32,000 bases of DNA from Prevotella phage Lak-C1. Positions within the stretch are counted from its first letter, which is position 1. Each line of letters begins with the position of its first letter. Positions 29,246 through 32,000 of this stretch are shown here, piece after piece. The stretch is from sequence record MK250029.1; one strand, given 5' to 3'. The position numbers and the translations under genes are program-made. A model generated the notes under the pieces. It was given only the letters and a program-made list of their open reading frames with translations. It made no database searches and was not told the origin of the DNA.

Positions 29246-29272
29246 AATTATTTCGTTTTTATATTACTATAC

Positions 29273-29280
29273 AAAGATAC
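29273..29280 (-). promoter_or_regulatory. Bacteroidota-type -7 promoter box TATCTTTG
   Basis: Minus strand ATGTATCTTTGTATAG upstream of the 29245 start. Confidence 0.65.
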
Positions 29281-29301
29281 ATATTTTATTCTAAATAAAA
29301 A

Positions 29302-29334
29302 AGAGAGATACTAAAATATAAAGTATCTCTCTTA
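29302..29334 (-). terminator. intrinsic terminator after the sigma factor gene
   Basis: 12-bp stem AAGAGAGATACT / AGTATCTCTCTT, T tract on minus. Confidence 0.8.
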
Positions 29335-29340
29335 AAATTA

Positions 29341-30357
29341 TTACATGATATATTGTAAAAGCATTCTTGTTTCTTCATCTTGTCCGAGTTTTTTATTAGC
29401 CTCTCTCAAAATCTAATTAACTCGTGTTTCTGTCATATTGTTTTCTTCTGCAATTTGCCAGGTATTTTTCTCTGGACGACCATTAATAGCGTAGCATGCA
29501 CAAACAATTTCACCATTTCTTTTACCCATAACTCTCTTAATATTATCTTCAAGTTCTCTTGTTAAATCTTCATTTTCAAGGTTACTTCCAGGCTCATTGA
29601 AAACATTATTTGTTGTCATATCACCTAATGTTACTTTAGAATCTCCGCCATCTCCAACAGATTGATCTAAACTATTTGCACGAGCATTTGCTTTCATCGT
29701 CTATACAAATGAATCATAAGTTAAATTAGGGTGTTTCTTAACTAATACATCATAAATATCATCAATATCAGGTTCATAACCATTCTTATTAAATAAACGT
29801 TCTTTTACACGAGCAGCTTCACGAGCAATACTACCCATATTACGAGGAACTGCCATATGACCACCTACTTCATCAACTGCCATCATAATCTCACGACGAA
29901 TATACCAAATAGCATATGATACAAATTTTACATCTTTTTCTGGTGTACTTGGATCATATGTTTCAGCCGCTTTCATAAGTCCAATATTACCATATTGAAT
30001 TAAATCTTCTTTAGGAATATTAAGATTTTTATACTTATTAACAACAGAAACTACAAATGGAAGATTTGCAGAAACTAATTTATTTTTTGCAGCTTCTACC
30101 TGCCTCTTATTTGGTGAATGCTGAATAATATCTGCAAGTTTACATTCATCTTCCTATGATAATCTTTGTTTCTTATTAATTGCTTTTAAATATGCTACAA
30201 ATGATTTTGCTGTATTTTCATCCTATGTAATAGTAAAATCATCATGTAAATCCATATGCATTCCATTATTATCTTCATTAAGAGTATTTCGTAATGAACG
30301 AGAAATACCTTCCATAAGGCTATTATACAATGCTTTCTTTTTATTAATTACTCTCAT
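29341..30357 (-). CDS. sigma-70 family RNA polymerase sigma factor, 338 aa, with 4 in-frame TAG
   Basis: Joins ORF-track fragments 29413-29697 and 29701-29976 and extends both ways. Region 2 'IPKEDLIQYGNIGLMKAAETYDPSTPEKDVKFVSYAIWYIRREI'; region 4.2 'WQIAEENNMTETRVN-Q(TAG)-ILREANKKL'. TAG at 30223, 30154, 29701, 29413. Confidence 0.95.
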
Positions 30358-30410
30358 ATTTTATTTAATAAATTAATTTCAATAATTTATTATATTTATC
30401 AATATATAAA

Positions 30411-30443
30411 AATAGAGAATAGTTATCCCAACTATTCTCTATT
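30411..30443 (-). terminator. intrinsic terminator after the HAD gene
   Basis: 14-bp stem AATAGAGAATAGTT / AACTATTCTCTATT. Confidence 0.75.
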
Positions 30444-30448
30444 ATAAT

Positions 30449-31009
30449 TTAGTTATCCTATACAATATTTAATATATGTTTAATCTTTTCTATATCATTA
30501 TCTGTTATCCCCGTATAATTATCAATGTGCACAAAATTATTCATTTGTTTGTCTAACATATCTTTATCATCATCTACAATACAATACTCTATATTTAAAT
30601 TATCACTATTAAAAAAATTTATATCATATAATGCAATATTATATGTTTGCGCACTTTTATCTAATACAATCGTTAAAAAATCATCTATTTCTTTTCCACG
30701 TGGTATATTATCTAAATTTATATAATTTGGTGTTATTCCGACTATATATTTGTTTAAGGGTTTTAAATCTTTATATCGTTCAAATTCATGTTTTGTTGCT
30801 TCTAATGTAAATATTCTCCAAGATGATGATATAACTAATCTTACATTATACTTTTCACAAAGTTCTTTTATTTTAAAAACTGCTTTTTTATCGATAAAAA
30901 TATCGCCTCCATTTTTTATATATTCTTTTCCTTCGTTGTTCTCTGTACACCATATTGCATATTCTTCTGAATTTAAAACACCATCTATATCTAAAAATAA
31001 AAGTTTCAT
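30449..31009 (-). CDS. HAD-superfamily protein of the 'HAD domain in Swiss Army Knife RNA repair' type, 186 aa
   Basis: 'MKLLFLDIDGVLNSEEY...VRLVISSSWR...LNIEYCIVDDDKDM'; track ORF ends at TAG 30458-30460, and the recoded frame adds Q-D-N before TAA 30449. Confidence 0.75.
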
Positions 31010-31033
31010 AATTTACAATATATCTTATTTCAT

Positions 31034-31360
31034 TTAATCATCATCAAAATTATCATATATAGAAATTTTATTCTTTTTTCTCTCTTTATGTTTTTCAATA
31101 CAAGGGAAACAGTATTCACCAATACCTTTTATATATTTTTCATTTGTATATGTTGGTTCACCTTTAAAATTAAAATTTCGTTGTTCACCGTATGCAATAT
31201 GTTTCTTCTTTTTCCATTTAACAACTTTATCATGTTGTACTTCAATATCTCTGAGCTCTTTATATTTATTTTTTATTTTATATTTTTTATCGCCTTCTAT
31301 AATAAAACTAGATGAACCTTTTTTACTAATCTTGTGTGACTGATGATAACTTCTAGACAT
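31034..31360 (-). CDS. hypothetical basic protein, 108 aa (MSRSYHQSHKISKKGSS...)
   Basis: Clean ORF, TAA stop; 5' end lies in a duplicated segment. Confidence 0.7.
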   Translation of the reverse strand: MSRSYHQSHKISKKGSSSFIIEGDKKYKIKNKYKELRDIEVQHDKVVKWKKKKHIAYGEQRNFNFKGEPTYTNEKYIKGIGEYCFPCIEKHKERKKNKISIYDNFDDD

Positions 31361-31452
31361 TTTTAGATATTTAACTTAATAACATTTTCTTACTAATCTT
31401 ATGTGACTGATGATAACTTCTAGACATCTTTTAGATATTTAACTTAATAACA
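31323..31452. repeat. tandem direct duplication, ~63 bp unit, 67-bp period (31323-31384 and 31390-31452)
   Basis: ttactaatctt[g/a]tgtgactgatgataacttctagacat..tttagatatttaacttaataaca occurs twice with one indel and about two substitutions. Confidence 0.9.
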
Positions 31453-31648
31453 TATATAACTTTTATAATATATGTGAAATTAACCTGAGAAAACTATATT
31501 AATATAGAAAGATAATTATCTAAATCTTATCTTTTTTATAAATATAAATTAAACTAAATTTATATACATAAGTTATAACTTAAATTCTTCCAATGACTTA
31601 AAGATATAACCTGTAAAACGTATTTAAATTTAATCACATTATATTTTA

Positions 31649-31954
31649 TTATTTATCTAATATATTATATATTTTATTTTTAAAATGTTTTAAAAAATCT
31701 TGATATTGCTCATAATTTAATTCAATAAAATCATATTTTAATTTGAAATCAGTATTATTATTTGATAAACCATAATAAGAATCTGGTTGTTTATACAACG
31801 TCTGTTTATTATAATAAATTTTATATCTATCGTAAATACGACTTGAATAACCAGATGAATTATCTTTTTCAATAGAAATAATACTACTTATCGGTATGAT
31901 TTGACCATCTTGCGTTTTAATATAATCATATTTTTTCTTTAATTTTATTGACAT
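31649..31954 (-). CDS. hypothetical protein, 101 aa
   Basis: Clean ORF, TAA stop. Confidence 0.7.
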   Translation of the reverse strand: MSIKLKKKYDYIKTQDGQIIPISSIISIEKDNSSGYSSRIYDRYKIYYNKQTLYKQPDSYYGLSNNNTDFKLKYDFIELNYEQYQDFLKHFKNKIYNILDK

Positions 31955-31965
31955 AATTTTTGTAA

Positions 31966-32000
31966 TTAATAACCCATATAATCATCTATTTCATCACATA
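31966..32000 (-). CDS. 3' end of an upstream gene (...CDEIDDYMGY*), truncated by window edge
   Basis: Open frame to window edge ending in TAA; too short to be certain. Confidence 0.3.
   Translation of the reverse strand, partial: CDEIDDYMGY

Noticed and set aside
1-32000. tRNA genes, including the expected suppressor tRNA with a CUA anticodon
   Set aside because: No cloverleaf with a GTTCGAATC-like T arm was recognised by eye on either strand. It may lie outside the window; tRNAscan-SE on the full genome would decide.
1-32000. CRISPR arrays or retron/DGR-type elements
   Set aside because: No regularly spaced repeats with unique spacers and no reverse transcriptase motif (YxDD) in a suitable ORF; the only clear tandem repeat is the two-copy 67-bp duplication.

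Overview
This 32 kb window looks like part of a large, AT-rich phage genome infecting a Bacteroidota host. The host and phage-group assignment is inference. Most genes are on the minus strand, with a plus-strand island at about 11.1-15.7 kb. The dominant signal is stop-codon reassignment. TAG (CTA on + for minus genes) is read through, very probably as Gln, at about 32 in-frame sites in 13 genes. Every CDS I could close ends in TAA or TGA. The supplied ORF track therefore fragments or misses several genes. Reading TAG as Q reconstructs a full-length sigma-70 factor (29341-30357), a 461-aa BspA/DUF285-like protein (9245-10630), and a two-motif LAGLIDADG homing endonuclease (25084-26019) that is absent from the ORF track. 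It also reconstructs a second, zinc-finger homing-endonuclease-like ORF (19194-20075) directly after a B-family DNA polymerase fragment that stops just after motif A. Recognisable TAG-free genes include a T4 gp21-like prohead protease with a long acidic extension, translation initiation factor IF-1, a ClpP-like protease, a PseT-like kinase/phosphatase and nicotinamide phosphoribosyltransferase (nadV). The most novel leads are: (a) an N-terminal (L/I)xE-(S/A/G/T) leader shared by otherwise unrelated proteins, including the sigma factor, which may be a capsid-targeting/processing signal for the prohead protease; (b) a tandem family of ~65-77 aa 'MI[KR]FKxKxK...HxH' coiled-coil proteins; (c) uneven TAG density between genes, with high density in both homing endonucleases; (d) repeated Bacteroidota-type TAnnTTTG promoter boxes. 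All calls come from reading the sequence by hand. No database searches were run.
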